The notes under the pieces are model-generated. The model worked only from the letters and a program-made list of their open reading frames with translations. It did not search any database and was not told the DNA's origin. DNA of 54,588 bases from Lama guanicoe (lineage: Eukaryota), in contig MU053691.1 in assembly GCA_013239625.1 (NCBI GenBank), positions 8,588 to 63,175 of the forward strand, written 5' to 3'. The position numbers were made by a program, and so were the translations under genes. Positions 1 to 13,965 of this stretch are shown here, piece by piece. Each line of letters opens with the position of its first letter. Within the stretch, counting starts at the first letter, position 1.

Positions 1-2864
1 AAACAAAAATAAATAAAATCAGACATCTACAATTATAAATGTAAGTGTTCCAAACAAATATAAATCAATACAAATAAATCTATGGCTGATTTTTCCTGTA
101 TATGTCTGGGCAAAGACATTATTTCAACTTGAACATATAGGTAATGAATTTTAAATATTTTCAAGTCAGATACTGAAGGTGGGGGAGGGCAGAGGATACA
201 GAGAAGTATGTGCATGAGAACAATCATGCCCAGTCCCAGTAACTTAATTACTCTGTGCTCTGTTCATGTTAAGTCATGTGGCAAGTGGAACGATTTCTAC
301 CCAAGTAAGGAATGGGAACAGAAGCCATCATGGGGCACGACGGCATCAAGAAGAGCTGCTCACAGTCAGAACAGGGCACAAGCTGACCAGGCTGATAAAC
401 CAACTACACGTCACTGAGCTCGGGAAGCCAGGGAGCTCCCTGAGGAGCCGGAGAAAGCATGGCAACAATATACATACCAAACACAGCGGATGCTCATATA
501 AAGTGCTAAAATGAGATTCAGTTGTCTTATTAAAATGCCAGAGCCATGACACATTACTTCTCGGTCTTTCCTTATAAATAAAAATTAAGTCTGGAAGCAG
601 AAACAGTGACAGAGCCAGAAGATGGGTGACTAAGGGCTGACAGCTTATCTGTCTTTATCAAAATAATCACACTCTTTATTCTATTTTCCTTATCATAAAT
701 AGCCAATGTCTTTGAGATATTTATTATATGGAAAATATTGGGATAAATTCTCTACATATATCATCTAATTTTCTAAATCTTCTTTAAAAATGTTGCTTCT
801 GAAAAAAAGAATGGTCAGGCTATTTGAATCTTCGGAAATGAATTATCTAATTTGATCACTTAAAAGGGATCATTATTAGGGTACATTTATCAAGGTAGAT
901 ATTAATGTAAAGTAATTGTATCCCAAATAACCTCCTATTTGACTCCCATTTACTCAAATCAATCTGTATTTATACCTATCTCATTCCACAAAGGGACATA
1001 AGGCAGTTTTATTCTATGCCTTGTTGATATGAAATGCTGCCTTCATGCTAGATGTTTCCTAGAAATGGGATTTAAATTCCAGATCACAAGATTTCCTTCC
1101 TTGTGTCACAAAACATCTCATTTTTATGAAATACAAAAACAAAAACAAAAACATTTTGGAAAAGCAAAAAATAAGAGGCATAAGTTGTTCTGATTTTTGT
1201 CAGTTTTTCAAAAGATCCCTCAGAGTTTGACAGCCTTGTCAACAGCCATTCAAGCTGCTCTCATTTTACATGAACAGTAACATGTAATGAGACTATTTCA
1301 TGATCTAAAATTTCATTTCCCCACCTTTACTGTAAGCCCCTCTGAGGCACACACCATGCTTCTGTTACTCACAGGGCAGCAGGCCTGCATTTCTTGAAGT
1401 GAGTTCCTCCGACTACAGCACCTACCAGACACACTGGGAAAAGTGCTCTGCCGTCAAGTGAGCTGGGAACTGCTGCTACCCTTTGTCCAGAGGGCCCTGG
1501 AAATTCCTTCAAGCTTATCTTAGCCCAGCAGTTCTCATACTCATTTAGCCATGAAATACCCCATTTCTAGGGCACCAAATTGTAACAGCCTATGGACAAA
1601 CTTGAGAAATGCAGTGCTGAGTTCATGTAGCAGGTGCTAGTTGAGGGAACGGACCAATCAGAATAGTTCTTCTTATCCCAATATAAAGTATAAACTCTTG
1701 GGGTTAAAATCATCACCTTCTTAACCCTCTGAGGCACTCAGAAATTGCTTAGATGCTCCTTCAATAAGTAGTCATTGCTCGAAAAGACAGACGTGCAGGA
1801 GGAAGTAGTTCTCATCGGTGCTGCCTACCCGTCCTTTCCAAATCCATTTCCCAGTGTGTGTTAGTTCTCCATTTTTAGCTCTGAGTCTTGAGAGTTAGAA
1901 ATGTGAGCATTTTCATGACCTTATGTAACTATAGCAAGAAAGCATGTAGATATGAAAAGTAAATGAGGTAACGTTCCAAAGTGCAGCACCAACCAAAGTA
2001 AACATAAATCCCCTGTTAATGACCTCACCATGACACTTGTTTATAAAATCATTTGTGAGCTATGAAATCCTGCTTTGCAAGACTGAATTGATGAAAGTGT
2101 TAAATATTCTCTAGATACCCCAGAAATGTCCAGCACTACATCAGAGGTGGCGGTGCAGGAAGAGAGAGAGAGGGAGAGAGAGGAATTTCAGAAGGAAATC
2201 AAGATAACTGGCAAAATTTTGACGTATGATAAATACTACACATGAATTGTTGGGATTCGTATTGCTTTAAGGAATCATACTTAAATGCATAGTGATGTAG
2301 CACTACATAAACATAACACAGTTTTAATTGTTATTTTTAAAAAAACAAGGCAATCATTCCTGGACTCAATCAATGAGCACTCGTATTAGAGGCTCTAAGG
2401 AAGAGTATCTTAATGACAAGACTTCACCCTCCCTGGACAGTTGACTGTAACTTTGGGTACCCACATCACCTAGCAGATGCCTATCCAGCATCAGGCGCAT
2501 AATAAATGCTTAGTGTTTAAGAACTACAGGCAAACTACATAATGTTACTACTTTGATTTAAATCCATATAAAAGCATCTGTAACTGGAATATAACAACTC
2601 CATAAATTTGATATATAGATCAGTATCTTTGGATAAACACTTTAGCACTTAGACTGTATCACTTAAAATATTTTATCATCTTTTTGGTTTCTGGGCAGCA
2701 ATAACCAAGCCTCTTCTTCTCATCTAGTGAGACATGAAATGAAAATCTCACATAAACTTAGTCACTCCCTGTCTGTACTTAAAAAGATACAAAGAGGCTT
2801 AAATAGATAGGTGAGGTTTCTCAACTCTATAACAAGAAGAAGCCTCATGAAAAGAAGATAAAAG

Positions 2865-3075
2865 GGATGAATAAAAAAGGTGAAGGGAATTAAGAGGTAC
2901 AATCTGCCAGTTATAAAATTAATAAGTCACAGGGATGTAAGGTACAGCATAGGGAATACAGTTAATAATATTGTAATAACTTTGTATGGTATGTAATATA
3001 TGAAAAAACTGACTCACTAAGTTGTGCACCTGAAACTAACATAATACTGTAGGCCAAGTGTACTTCATCAAAAGC
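2865..3075 (+). mobile_element. L1 3'UTR fragment (L1MA-type)
   Basis: GTTATAAAATTAATAAGTCACAGGGATGTAAGGTACAGCATAGGGAATACAG...GCACCTGAAACTAACATAATACTGT. Confidence 0.75.
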
Positions 3076-3428
3076 AGGGAGGGGATGAAAGGGAGTTTTT
3101 CACCAAAAAAAAAATTGTAAACTATTTGCTTTTATGTATTACTTCTAATTTACAAATTCAAAGAATTTCAAACTCTCTTCAAAATGATTTGATATAAGGC
3201 TTCTCAACTAACAATAAATCATTACACATGCATGTGTTTTTTGATCAAATATGTGAAAGAAAATATTTTCTTCCCAGGCAAGTTCACGAGCCACAAGTTC
3301 CTGGGCAGGTGCACCAAGGGCGGGGTGGGGGGGAATATTTATCTTTTAACAACGACGTGACGGAAGTCTGTCCTCTCACTGAAAATGCATAAATATCAAT
3401 CATGAGTTGCTTTAACACTGTACATTAC

Positions 3429-3747
3429 CTCTCAGGTCTCTCTTTAGTTTTCTGACGTTTTTTTTGAAAATCTTCAAACTTCATCTGTGAGGTCTGAAGA
3501 AGGTCCTGGGGTTCAGGCAGTGGAAACACACACTGCTCCTTTTCCAGCATCCTAATCAGCGAGAAGCCCAGAGTGTTCATATAACTGAGAAGAATACAAC
3601 AGCAGCAGTGACAAAACAATGACACACACTGTCAAATTGCTCACCAGTAAAGAACAACACAACATGACTCTGTGAAAACCGTCTGACCTCACCAAAATTG
3701 TGCAGATAATAGGAAACAAAATACAACAAAAGGCTTCTGCAATTGTC
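3429..3747 (-). pseudogene. FMN2: Unprocessed (intron-containing) formin-2 fragment: two FH2-domain exons, degenerate and frameshifted
   Basis: Exon A (3747-3688, 60 nt, tag|GAC...GAG|gtcag) encodes DNCRSLLLYFVSYYLHNFGE; recalled FMN2 is [20 protein letters not shown]. Exon B (3551-3429, 123 nt, tag|GAT...AGAG|gtaat) encodes [30 protein letters not shown]/[10 protein letters not shown]; recalled FMN2 is [40 protein letters not shown]. Exon B has two +1 insertions in A-runs (123 nt versus 121 needed). A 136-nt GT-AG intron separates the exons. The [19 protein letters not shown] motif fits FMN2 better than FMN1. Confidence 0.88.
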
Positions 3748-6700
3748 CTAGGCAGAAAGACCAAAGTAAGTAGAAATAGATTTTGCAAATTATTACATAT
3801 ACAGTGTCAAATAAAATTAATTCCAGTAAATCCACATATTTAGATGAGAATATTTAGAATGAAAGGTGAAATTCTGTGTTTCACATTAACATTACTTTAA
3901 TAGCACAGAAGACCTTGTGTTCCCCACTGTTCCAACCTAATCTCCAAGTGGAAGCACAGCGGTTTCAGGGTGGACTCTCAACTGTGTACACTTTCCTGTT
4001 TTCACCCTCCTCGATCAGAAAATTAGCTCATCAATTTTTATGTTTTATTATTAAAAGTATACATACCATCTAAACTGAAAAGGCAAACTCTCTCCAGCAT
4101 TTCTGCACAGCTGGACCAACAGTGCCACTCCAAAAGTGAGTCTGACCGAGGCTTGTTTGTATGTAGATTAAGAAAATTTTAAAGTTAATTATTATTTCAA
4201 GTAAGCTGGAGCTTTAAAAATGCAAATACATATTATTAATTGTGTTAGCAATTGAGATGTCAAAATTAACATCCAGGCAGCTATATGTAACGCAAAATGT
4301 GTGTAGTTCTAAAGAAAAAAAGTAAAATTGTTTTGTATCTAACAAAGAAGAAGCTGTTCGCCTTTTTTCTGGCACATTTAGAGATATTAATTTTTATTTT
4401 TTTTCATTGCTCAAAATCTGGATGTGTGAAACCTAAAACATATTTCAAAACACCCACTTTAATACAAGCTTTGTTTCCTATAATATTCAATCAGTCAGGA
4501 TTCTTTCCCCCATTGATAAAAAGAGCAACATCGCTTTATAATCAAGTTTGACATGACATGATAATGAATCTATTAGATTACCCATATAGTAATATATTCC
4601 ATACTACTAACATATCTATATACAGAATATGCACAGTTATGATAATAAAAGTGATATATTTATAAGAAACAGGATTGTCTGTAAAATGATTTAAGCAACT
4701 GGATTCCTTTGTCTTTCCTAACTTATAAATCAGTGAAATGACTAGCAATACCTGAATCAATTAACAGAACATGTATTAAATGCCTGCTGATAGGCACACA
4801 GAGCAAAATTAATTCCGAGTGATCAGATCCATGTGGATATACAAATAGCACTAACTATATACATGTAGAAGTATATAAGTATAGTTATATGTGTTTTATA
4901 GAGAAAGAATGAAATCAGGAAGACTTTGCATAGCTCTTGTGAAATTATAAAAAAATCTTGCTTCTTGCTTCATTGCTTTTATCCAGATTACTTCTTATTT
5001 ATTTAAATTAATGAAATTTAACTTATTGGAGGATTAAGATATATTTACCAATGCAAAAAAACCTCTCATTCATATACAGTTATCATTCTCAGACTCTGTT
5101 TCAGATTCATTTTTATAAGTAACATTTACAAAAATGACTTGTTTCAATCCAAAAATCAGTTGTTAAAAACTATTCAAGGGCTAGCATATGTTTAGAAGAA
5201 AGTGGTTTTTTTTTTTTTTGAAGAAATGTGATTTATCAGGTTGCCAAAGTGGAGGTTCCTATGAAAGTGTGCATCATACAAATAAACAGCATTTGAACAA
5301 ATATAGCCATAAAAAATCACAAAAAAATGCATGCTGTTGATGTTCTAAGCAAGAATGTTCTCCCGAATTTTGGGAAAGCCCACTGACTGGCATTTCATAG
5401 AAGCCCGATGAAAGCCAAGTTAAGAGGAAAAATACAATGCAGAAAAGCACAGTTATCCTCACATTTATTCATGACATGAGTGCACAGAAGATACTGCATT
5501 TTCTGAATGGAAAGAGCTCACCCATAGCCTGGATGCCATCTACAGGGTCCTATGGTGTGCTCACTGCTCAGGTTTGTCCAGAAAACTGGCATTTTCCTTG
5601 TCTTTGGAGGACTGGCCATGCTTTTCCATTATTTCCAGTTCATCTCATTGTGCTCTGTGGAAAAACAAAAGCCAAGTGGTTGTTAGATAATCATGATCTT
5701 AAATACAGGAAAATTCTATATATCTTGATATTTTTATCATCTGTTTGAGGTAAAATTTGACTTAATTCATGATGCATTTTAAAATGTTTAAATATGTTTA
5801 ATGCTGACCAGATCATCTCCAAATCTTCCAAATGCTATTGGCTATTAGTGATGTTCCCATATAAATAATATATATTTTAATTTATTTCAGCATGCTATAA
5901 AACAGTACAGTTTTCCTCCCTTGTTTTTAGCTGTTTATAATGCTCTCTGGAATGCAAGACTTTCATTTTAAATTGGTATTCCTCTCAGAAATTAATCAAG
6001 TTAAATTTGAAAGTAATTTGATCCTAAAGGTGTTATAACATTTTTAAAGAAAAAAAATATATTTAACTATTGCAATCATTCTTTCTGCCTCTTTGTTTTG
6101 GGAAAAGTACAATTTAATTATTAAGTCATAGAACAAAAATAAAAGATTTTGATTTTGTCAAAAATTCTTCCAACACAAAAATGGCTCCAGGCTTCTTTTA
6201 TTTTTAACTGTCCTATTTCACCCTTTAAAACCCAAGCTAAAAATTTGTTGTCCTAAGTTTGGTTCTTTACAGGAGAGGATCCTCTGCATTTTAACCTAAA
6301 GCAGAATATTTTATACATTTCAAACAACACAAATTTTATTCTTAATACAGAATTTAGATGATTTTTATTTGCAGTCTTATCTCTATAATTCACAAAGATG
6401 TTTCAAAATATTTTCTACACTTTCTAAGTGTATTAAGAAGTCAGTAGACCACCATATCTTGCCTTTGAAAAAATCCCTTCAACATTTTCTTTTGTTTTAA
6501 TTTAAAGGCAGCTCAGCCAAGCCATAAAGTGTTGTAAATGATAGAACCTGAGAGATTTCTAACAAAGCTATTTTGTGTTTTCTATTCACTGACTGATTTG
6601 AAATGCAGGCTTTTCTGTTAATGGGATTACTTAGCAAAGACTAGCTCCTCAAAGGAAGCTTCTTTCAGCAGGAAAAGAAGATTTAATGACAGACCAATAG

Positions 6701-7012
6701 ATCTTCTGAGGGCTTGATCCATTTGGCTTTTGGAAGGTAATACAACAAAAGGATACAGAGAAGTAAAGGAGATGATTTGGCTTCAGTATAACCTACACTA
6801 AAAAGCCTGCCTTGCCCACCTTGATCCTCATTATAACAAGTCTCTGTCCATGATAACACAGAACCTTATATTTGTTCTGTTCTGTACTTACTACAATGTC
6901 TTACTGGTGCTACACATGTATGTCTACTTCTTCTACTGACTGGAGCTTTTTGGAGAGAAGGGCTATGTCCTGTGTATCTCTGTGGTCCTAGTGACCATTA
7001 TGATTCATGGTA

Positions 7013-7310
7013 CAGTCCTGCCCTCTGTATCCACGGGGTCTGCATTTGTGGATTCAACCAAACACAGGTCCAAAATATTCAGGGCAAAAAATTCCATAAA
7101 GTTCCAAAAAGCAAACTTGAATTTTCTATGCTCCAGTAACAATTCTGATAGCATTTATGTTGTATTAGAAATTATACATACTCAAGAGGTGATTTAAAGT
7201 ATACAGGAGGATGTGTGTGGGTTATATGCAAAATAGGAACAATTTTATTTAAGGGATTGAGCCTCTAGGGATTTTGGTAGCAATCCCTTGCAGATACCAA
7301 GAGATGACTG
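7013..7310. mobile_element. MER2-like TcMar-Tigger non-autonomous DNA transposon
   Basis: TA|CAGTC...GACTG|TA ends (TA target duplication) with imperfect TIRs. Internal GTGGATTCAACCAA...AAAATATTC motif. Confidence 0.8.
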
Positions 7311-9860
7311 TATGTAGTTAGAAGTCATTAATTGTTTTTAAAGACAGAAAAATTGAATCAGTAATTGAATAGGAAAAAAGAAGGCCTCCATCCTTGGAGA
7401 TGGGACAGGTAAGACGAGGAAAGTTAATGACAAGACAATCAAAATAAGAAATATTGCTGACATAATGATATACAGATAATGCCAACTGTTTACCATCATC
7501 CTAGAGTAAAATGAGGGTCTTTATGAGGTAATTTGAAACCCAAATAGATACCTATGCATGCTTGAGACAGAACTGGTTATGTCAAACACTAAGATACAAA
7601 TAGATAGATTAAAAAAATAAGAAGGCTGCGTCCAGCAATGCTACATGTGAATTCACTCATCTATACATTCATTCAACACAACGCTCTCGTGTACATGTCA
7701 TTCATGTCTTATGCAGGAATATGTATGTGTAGGAAGTTACAAAAATTAGAACTAAAACTTTATGTTAATCAAATCTGCAATATTCTGCTATTCATTGCTA
7801 CAGCAAGACCAGCTGTTTCTTCTTGCATGACATCTTGGTTTTTTCCTTCCAAAACATATGGTATCAAGCAAAAGTCAGTAATTTTCTACCTGTTAAAAAC
7901 TCCAATTTCTCAATCTTATCAGCAACTATCAGCTATGTTAAACTAGTGCTACAAATTCATACCACAATTTAGAGGTCATCTCGATACTTTTGGCTTTGAC
8001 CTTCAAAGTTATTATAATCTCAAGTGTTCTCCCCTGGTTCTTCTTTTAAAAAAATGAATTTTAGGGATTATTTATTCATCCACCCATTCAATCAAAAGCT
8101 GACTGTTTACCAGGCATTAAACTAGGCACTGGAGATTGCAAGATAAATGCTGGGCTTCAGATTCCAGCAAAACCCCACGTCACAAAATATCCATTTGCAC
8201 ATAATACCACTCTTGTTTGCTTAAACCTTCTATAGTGATCTTCTTCCTCTGCTTTTTAAAACTGTATATAACCCTCTATGAAGAGGATGTTGGTGATCTC
8301 ACTGCCATACCAGTGGTGATGAGAGTTACTTATTGAAATAGGTTCATTTTTCCTTATGGCCAAAGCTATGTGCAAAGTAGCTACATGCTAACACATTGAT
8401 TACCAACACAAAGGAACTTCCAAGTTCTAAACATGTAAATAACAAACCTTCCATCTTCAAATCCCAGGCACATACCTTCTAAGTTTAAATCATTTCAGTC
8501 TCCAGGACAGGGGCTATCTTTTGGTTATTTTCTTTCTTTTCTGTTCACCCTGTCCCACACCCACCCCTGCAGGTTTCTTCCAGAACATCCTTTTCTCAGG
8601 GTTTCCTGTTTGCCTGTAAATTAACTAGAGCCCTGCTGCTAAGTTGGAGGCTTTCACTGGTTACCAAAGATTCATCCCACCCAACACCCAGACACGCTAT
8701 TCACCCAAACACTGGCTGGAATGGATCCAGATTCCTGGCTGTCATCTCTGGTTTCACCAAGTATTTTGACCTCCACTGCCCTAAACTCACAGCACCTGAC
8801 ACTGAACCCTGATATTTCAATGCCTGAGAAAAACTGTACCTTTCCCAGGGAGGGGGTTAGGGAGCAGGGGTGGAGAGGGAGGGGAGGATGTTGAGAGGGA
8901 CAGATGCACAGTTCTGTGGCCCAGTCTGTTAATGACACCCAGCAGGTGTCTCTCCATTGCTGTTCCAGAGAACGCGGACTTGGATCCCTGAGAGTCGGTA
9001 AGTACTGCTGCATGGGCTGTCCACCTTGAGACTCATGGTGCTAGACAAACACTCTTAGAAGTTATATCGTTGACAAACTGTTTCATCTTAACAGTGATCC
9101 CCATACTATCTCCATCATGAAACATGTTTGTGTGTGAGAGACAGAAAAAGAGAAAGACAGAGACAGAGACAGAGAGAGAACATGTCAGTAACACTCCCAA
9201 GGACCCAGTGCTCTAAGGGATACACGTGAAAACACTGTGCTGGGCCAGACTTTCACCAGTTCCTTAATTCAGTTTCTACAATGTTCATTCTATTTCTACT
9301 CTAAATCTAATCTTTAAATCTTTGCCTCTGTCCTCAAACACATCCTCAAACACTGCCATGCCTCTCACTCTTAGGCTTGCCTCCTAATACTGTCCCCTTT
9401 GATGACAGTACTATACCCTCTGTCCTGGATTTCCTCCCACCCCTCTGTCGACCTCCTCAGTCTTCATGGCCCAGGCTGAAGCCCTTGTTTCCATTATAAG
9501 CCTTTGTTTTCCCTTCATATCCACACAGGTAACTACTTTGTCAACATTTCCAAGAAGCATCTTGGATCACATGAAAATCTAAAAATAAACTCAATTTTCT
9601 TCCCCTAAATATTCAGTGATCCTGATTACTGGAAACTGGAAACTAGTCACCCAGCCACAAAGCTGAGAGTCATCTAAACATCCCTCCCTACTTTGCCTCA
9701 GCATCTGACACATCACTAATTCTCCAGTTCACTTACTTCCCTCCATTTCCATGGCCATAACCCTTGTCCAAACTACCTCCTCTCTCAATTTGCCTTTTTG
9801 ATACTGGGCTTAGTCTCCTCATAGCCATCCGTGGCTCTCTAATATAAGTCCTACAGGGCA

Positions 9861-10831
9861 CACAGTGCCACCGCCCACGGGGACCACGAGTAAAAGGAGA
9901 GGAACCAGAACACATCAGCCGCTCTGAGGTACCTGCCGAGGAAGCGCCCAGAGGGCGAGGCCCTGGAGGGCTGGTGCCAGGGGCTGGAGGCGCGGAACCG
10001 GGAGCTGAGGGAGACGGCTGAGTAGGCGGAGTGGGAAATCCAGTATATCAAGGGGCTGCTCATCTAAGTGTACAACGCTTGAAGCAAGGGGTCCCGGAAC
10101 AGCTAGCCAGGCAGGGACTTTGTGCGGTAGGGGGCCCTGGTCTTCTGCTCTGGCTCCCTTGTCTTTCTGGGGCTGAGGTGGGAGGGTCCATCCCGCTGTC
10201 ATCCCCATGCATCCAGCTTCCCGTCAAACCCCTCCCTCCCTCCTCCCACCCCTCCTTTCTCTCTCCCCTTTGATCCTTGTCTCCTCTCCTGTCCATTCTT
10301 AATTGGCTCCCCTCTTCTCTCCCCAGAACCAAGGCATGTTTGGCCTCAGTCAACATGTACATCCATATGTAACAGCTGAGGAACAGAGCCCCACAGGAAA
10401 CCTGGGGAACAGGGGAGAGCTTGGAAACTTAGTCTCCCAAACAGGAAATGAGGCCAGGAAGCTCTGCAGAATGACGATGCATAGGAGGACAGGGGAATCA
10501 TCTGGGGACTAAGCCAAGAAAAGTTCTAAGAATGGTGCCCATAGAATGTAAGCCAAACAAGCCAGGTGACCTTGGGGAACTACATTTGGGGGATGGAGCC
10601 AAAAGGTGGGCAAGTTCGCAGAGCAGGTGGATATACAGGCAGATGGGGAGGTGGGCGGGGTGGAGAACAGCCGTAATTGATGACTGGGTGTTCATTTTAG
10701 CTCTGGGAGGAAGTCAGTGTTTTGTGAAGGTGTTGGAGGAGGGGCCGCATCAAGGTGAGGGGGGGCAGGGACTGACCCTTTTTGGGGAATTGTGAGTGGA
10801 AATAAAATGAAGCATTTCCTCTGAAAAAAAA
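9861..10831 (+). pseudogene. ATF5: 5'-truncated processed pseudogene of bZIP transcription factor ATF5 (bZIP + 3'UTR + polyA remnant)
   Basis: The frame from 9867 reads [75 protein letters not shown] (native stop TAG 10104-10106). This is colinear with the recalled ATF5 C-terminus ([75 protein letters not shown]). Four premature stops. AATAAA at 10801-10806 and A-tract at 10824-10831. No convincing TSD. Confidence 0.93.
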
Positions 10832-10869
10832 TTTTATTGTTTAAAAATTTGTAATATTTTTGTAATATT

Positions 10870-13330
10870 TTGACAGAAAATTATGACAGTACCAGGAGAC
10901 TAACACACTCCCCTATTACAGCACAGCCATTAACATCAAGACATTTTTAGTATTCATACAATACCACCATCTAATCCAGACCCATTCAGATTTTCTGATT
11001 TCCCAGCCTTGATCTTTATAGCAAAAACAAAACAATTAAACAAAGCAAATAAAACAAACAAAATGGGCTTCTCTTTTCATCCTTCTGTTTCCATTCCAGG
11101 ATCCAATTCAGGATCATATATTGATCTATTTGTCGTATGTTTTAGTTACCTTTAATTAGGAATGATTTCCCTAATATTTAATTAGCTTTTATGATCTTAA
11201 CATCTTTAGAGTTCTGGTCATTCATCCCATATAATTTCCTTTGATTTAGGTTTGTTTTATATTTTTGTATGATCAGATTCAGCATATGCATTTTTGGCCA
11301 GAATACTAGAGAAGTCAACCTGTGGTCTTTTCAGTGCAGCATAACAAAGACCAATGATATTCATGTGTCTCTGACTGATGATGTTAAATTTTATCACTTG
11401 GCTAAGATGTCAGCGAGGTTACTCCAATTTAAAGTTAATTAATAAGTATTTTTATTTATTAACTGATATGTGTAAGTATTTTATCAATTAATAAGTAATT
11501 AATCATTGTTTTCTGGGGCAAAACTCTGACACTATGTATAAACCCTGTTTCCTCAAGCATTTATCCACTAATTTTAGCATCTCCTGATGATCTTTCCTGA
11601 ATCAATTAACATAAATAGTGATTTTCTAATCTATCATAGAAAAACTAAGCAAAGAAATGGAGGATATAAAAAACCAAATAGAAATTATAGAACAAAAATT
11701 ACATTAACCAAAATAAAAAAGCCACCAGAGAGGCCAATGATCAATATTCAGAATTACTATCTCAGGGCAAATAATGGAACTTGAAGACAGAACAGAACAG
11801 TGAAAATAACCCAAACTGAACAACAGAGAGAAAATAGACTGAAAGAAGTTAATAGAATCACAGGGAACCACCTGTAGAAAAATAACAAAAAATTTAACAT
11901 TTGTATCAGCAGAGTCCCAAAAGGAAAAGAGAAAAATGTGGGACTGAAATAGTTTTCAAAGAAATAATAGACATAAATTTATAGGTACAAGGAGCTGTGT
12001 GAACCCCAAACAGAAATACATATCAAGACACACCAGAAATAAACTTCTGAGAACTACAGATAAAGGGAAACTCTCAAAAGTAGTAAAAGAGAAAAGGTAA
12101 ACTAATTACAAGGAGGAACAGTAGCTATCTCAATTGAAACTACGGAACCCAGAAGGAAGTGGCACACTTTTAAAGCAATGAAAGAAAAAATATATATTAC
12201 TCCAGATTTCTACATCCAGCAAGGCTGTCCTTCCAGAATAAAGGTGAAACAAGACATTCTCAGATGAATGAAAACTAAGTAATTTTGTTGCCAATAGAGC
12301 TGCTCTTAAAAATTCCCAAAAGAAGTTCTTCAGGCAGAAGGGAAATGACACCAGAAGGAAACTTGAAATACCATGAATGAAGAAGGAATCATAAAAGGAG
12401 TAAATATGGAATGCAACACAACTAATATTACATTTCTTCTGATACTGGGACTTAAGAAGCATCACACCTTCTGCTTTCACTCTCTTAGGATCTTGAGGCC
12501 TCCAAGTTTTGCAGAAATTCACACTAGATTTCTAGAAGAGGAGAGGCCTCCTTGGAGCACACACGGTGATGGCGTCAACTTCTAGGTACATTGAGTAGGT
12601 TGTTTTGGGTGTTTCATTTCCATTCAAGCCACAGAAGTGACCCTAGGCAAGACCAGGAGGAAAATCACCAACATTTTAAAACCACAGAATAGAGAAGTAA
12701 TAAATCGTTGTTGTTTTAAGCCTGTTTCAAATAATTCTTAAGAAAATAAAGATAAGCCAGAGATTTCATGAGAATATTTCCAAAACACATATCTGATAAA
12801 GAACTTATATCCAAAACATATAAAAACACTGATAATTCAGTAAGAAACCACTCAGCCCAGTAAAGAGATGGGGGATATTTTTCTGTCAACACTTCAACAT
12901 AGAAAATAAATGAATGTCAAAATATATATGAAAGGGTGGGTAAAATCATTAGTCATGGAAATTAATTGCTACTTAGTAATAAAGTGAAATCAACTACTGA
13001 CACATACAATAACATAGAGGAATCTCAAAAAGTGCAGAGTTAAACAAGCTAGACACAAAGAGTATGTATTACATAATTCCAGTTATATAAAATTTGAAAA
13101 CAGACAAGATTAATATATGATAATGAAAACCAGAACAGCGGTTTTTCTCTCTGGGTGCAAGGCAGTAACTGGGAAAAGAGAGAGGCGAACAGTTTTTGTT
13201 GTAGAAATGCTGTGTGTCTTAATTAAGGTGGTGGTTACATAGGTGTATACATTTGTCAAACCCATCAAACTTTAAACTTACCAACTGTGTCTTTTCAGTA
13301 AAGGTAAATCACAGCCCCCAAAAAAGAGAA
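10870..13330. mobile_element. Cluster of old L1M fragments (antisense 3' piece ~10870-11630, sense ORF1 region ~11640-12420, sense 3' end ~12740-13330) with a MaLR LTR piece ~12430-12725
   Basis: CAGAGTCCCAAAAGGAAAAGAG and TTCTCAGATGAATGAAAACTAAG (ORF1). MLT-type end AATAAATCGTTGTTGTTTTAAGCC. ACATATCTGATAAAGAACTTATATCCAAAAC (ORF2 end). Confidence 0.7.
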
Positions 13331-13478
13331 ATGGAAAAAATAAAGGATAAAACAAGCTGAAAATGTTAATATAAATTATGAGCAAATACATAATTTTTCT
13401 AAAAATATAAAGTACTTACAAAAACTGAAATCAAAGCTTGTTATTTATAAAGACAATCTTCTAAAACAAAGCAGTATT

Positions 13479-13712
13479 CAGTCAGTCCTTGAACACTGTG
13501 GATTTTAACTGCATGAGTCCACTTATTCAGGGATTTTTTTCAGTATTAAATACTACATTACCAAATGACCTGAGGTTGCTTGAGTCTACCAAAGGGGGAC
13601 CACATATGTGGAGGAACCAGGTATTTGGAGGGCCAACTCTGAGTTACACACAGACTTTTGGTGGCAAGGAGGATTAGTGCCCCTAACTCCTGCATTATTC
13701 GAGGGTCAATTA
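13479..13712. mobile_element. Tigger2a-like MITE
   Basis: Ends CAGTCAGTCCTTGAAC / TTCGAGGGTCAATTA resemble the Tigger2 TIR CAGTTGACCCTTGAAC. Internal GTCCACTTAT and GTGCCCCTAACTCC motifs. Confidence 0.75.
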
Positions 13713-13965
13713 TAATCAACTTTTGAGTTGTGAGCATATATTTGTGAAAAAAATTACCCATTGTAAAACTCTTCCTGCTACTCTAATGGGAAGAAGAGTG
13801 CACAGTGCATAGATACTTACAAGCTAACTACAGAAATTTCTCCCTGACACTAATGTTCAAATAAATTTATCTCTTGTTTGATAACAGTGAGGAAACTTCC
13901 AGAAAATATTGAGTGTTTTCCAGGGGTTGGTGTTTCTATTGATAGTGAATTGTAGTGTATTTATT

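Noticed and set aside
7755..7850. Faint minus-strand resemblance to the FMN2 exon encoding [16 protein letters not shown]...QADGFGLDI (GTCATGCAAG, GGTCTTGCT, GCAGATTTGATTAACAT)
   Set aside because: Needs many gaps, has no splice sites and is far more degraded than the two real exons. Probably chance; a local alignment to FMN2 genomic DNA would settle it.
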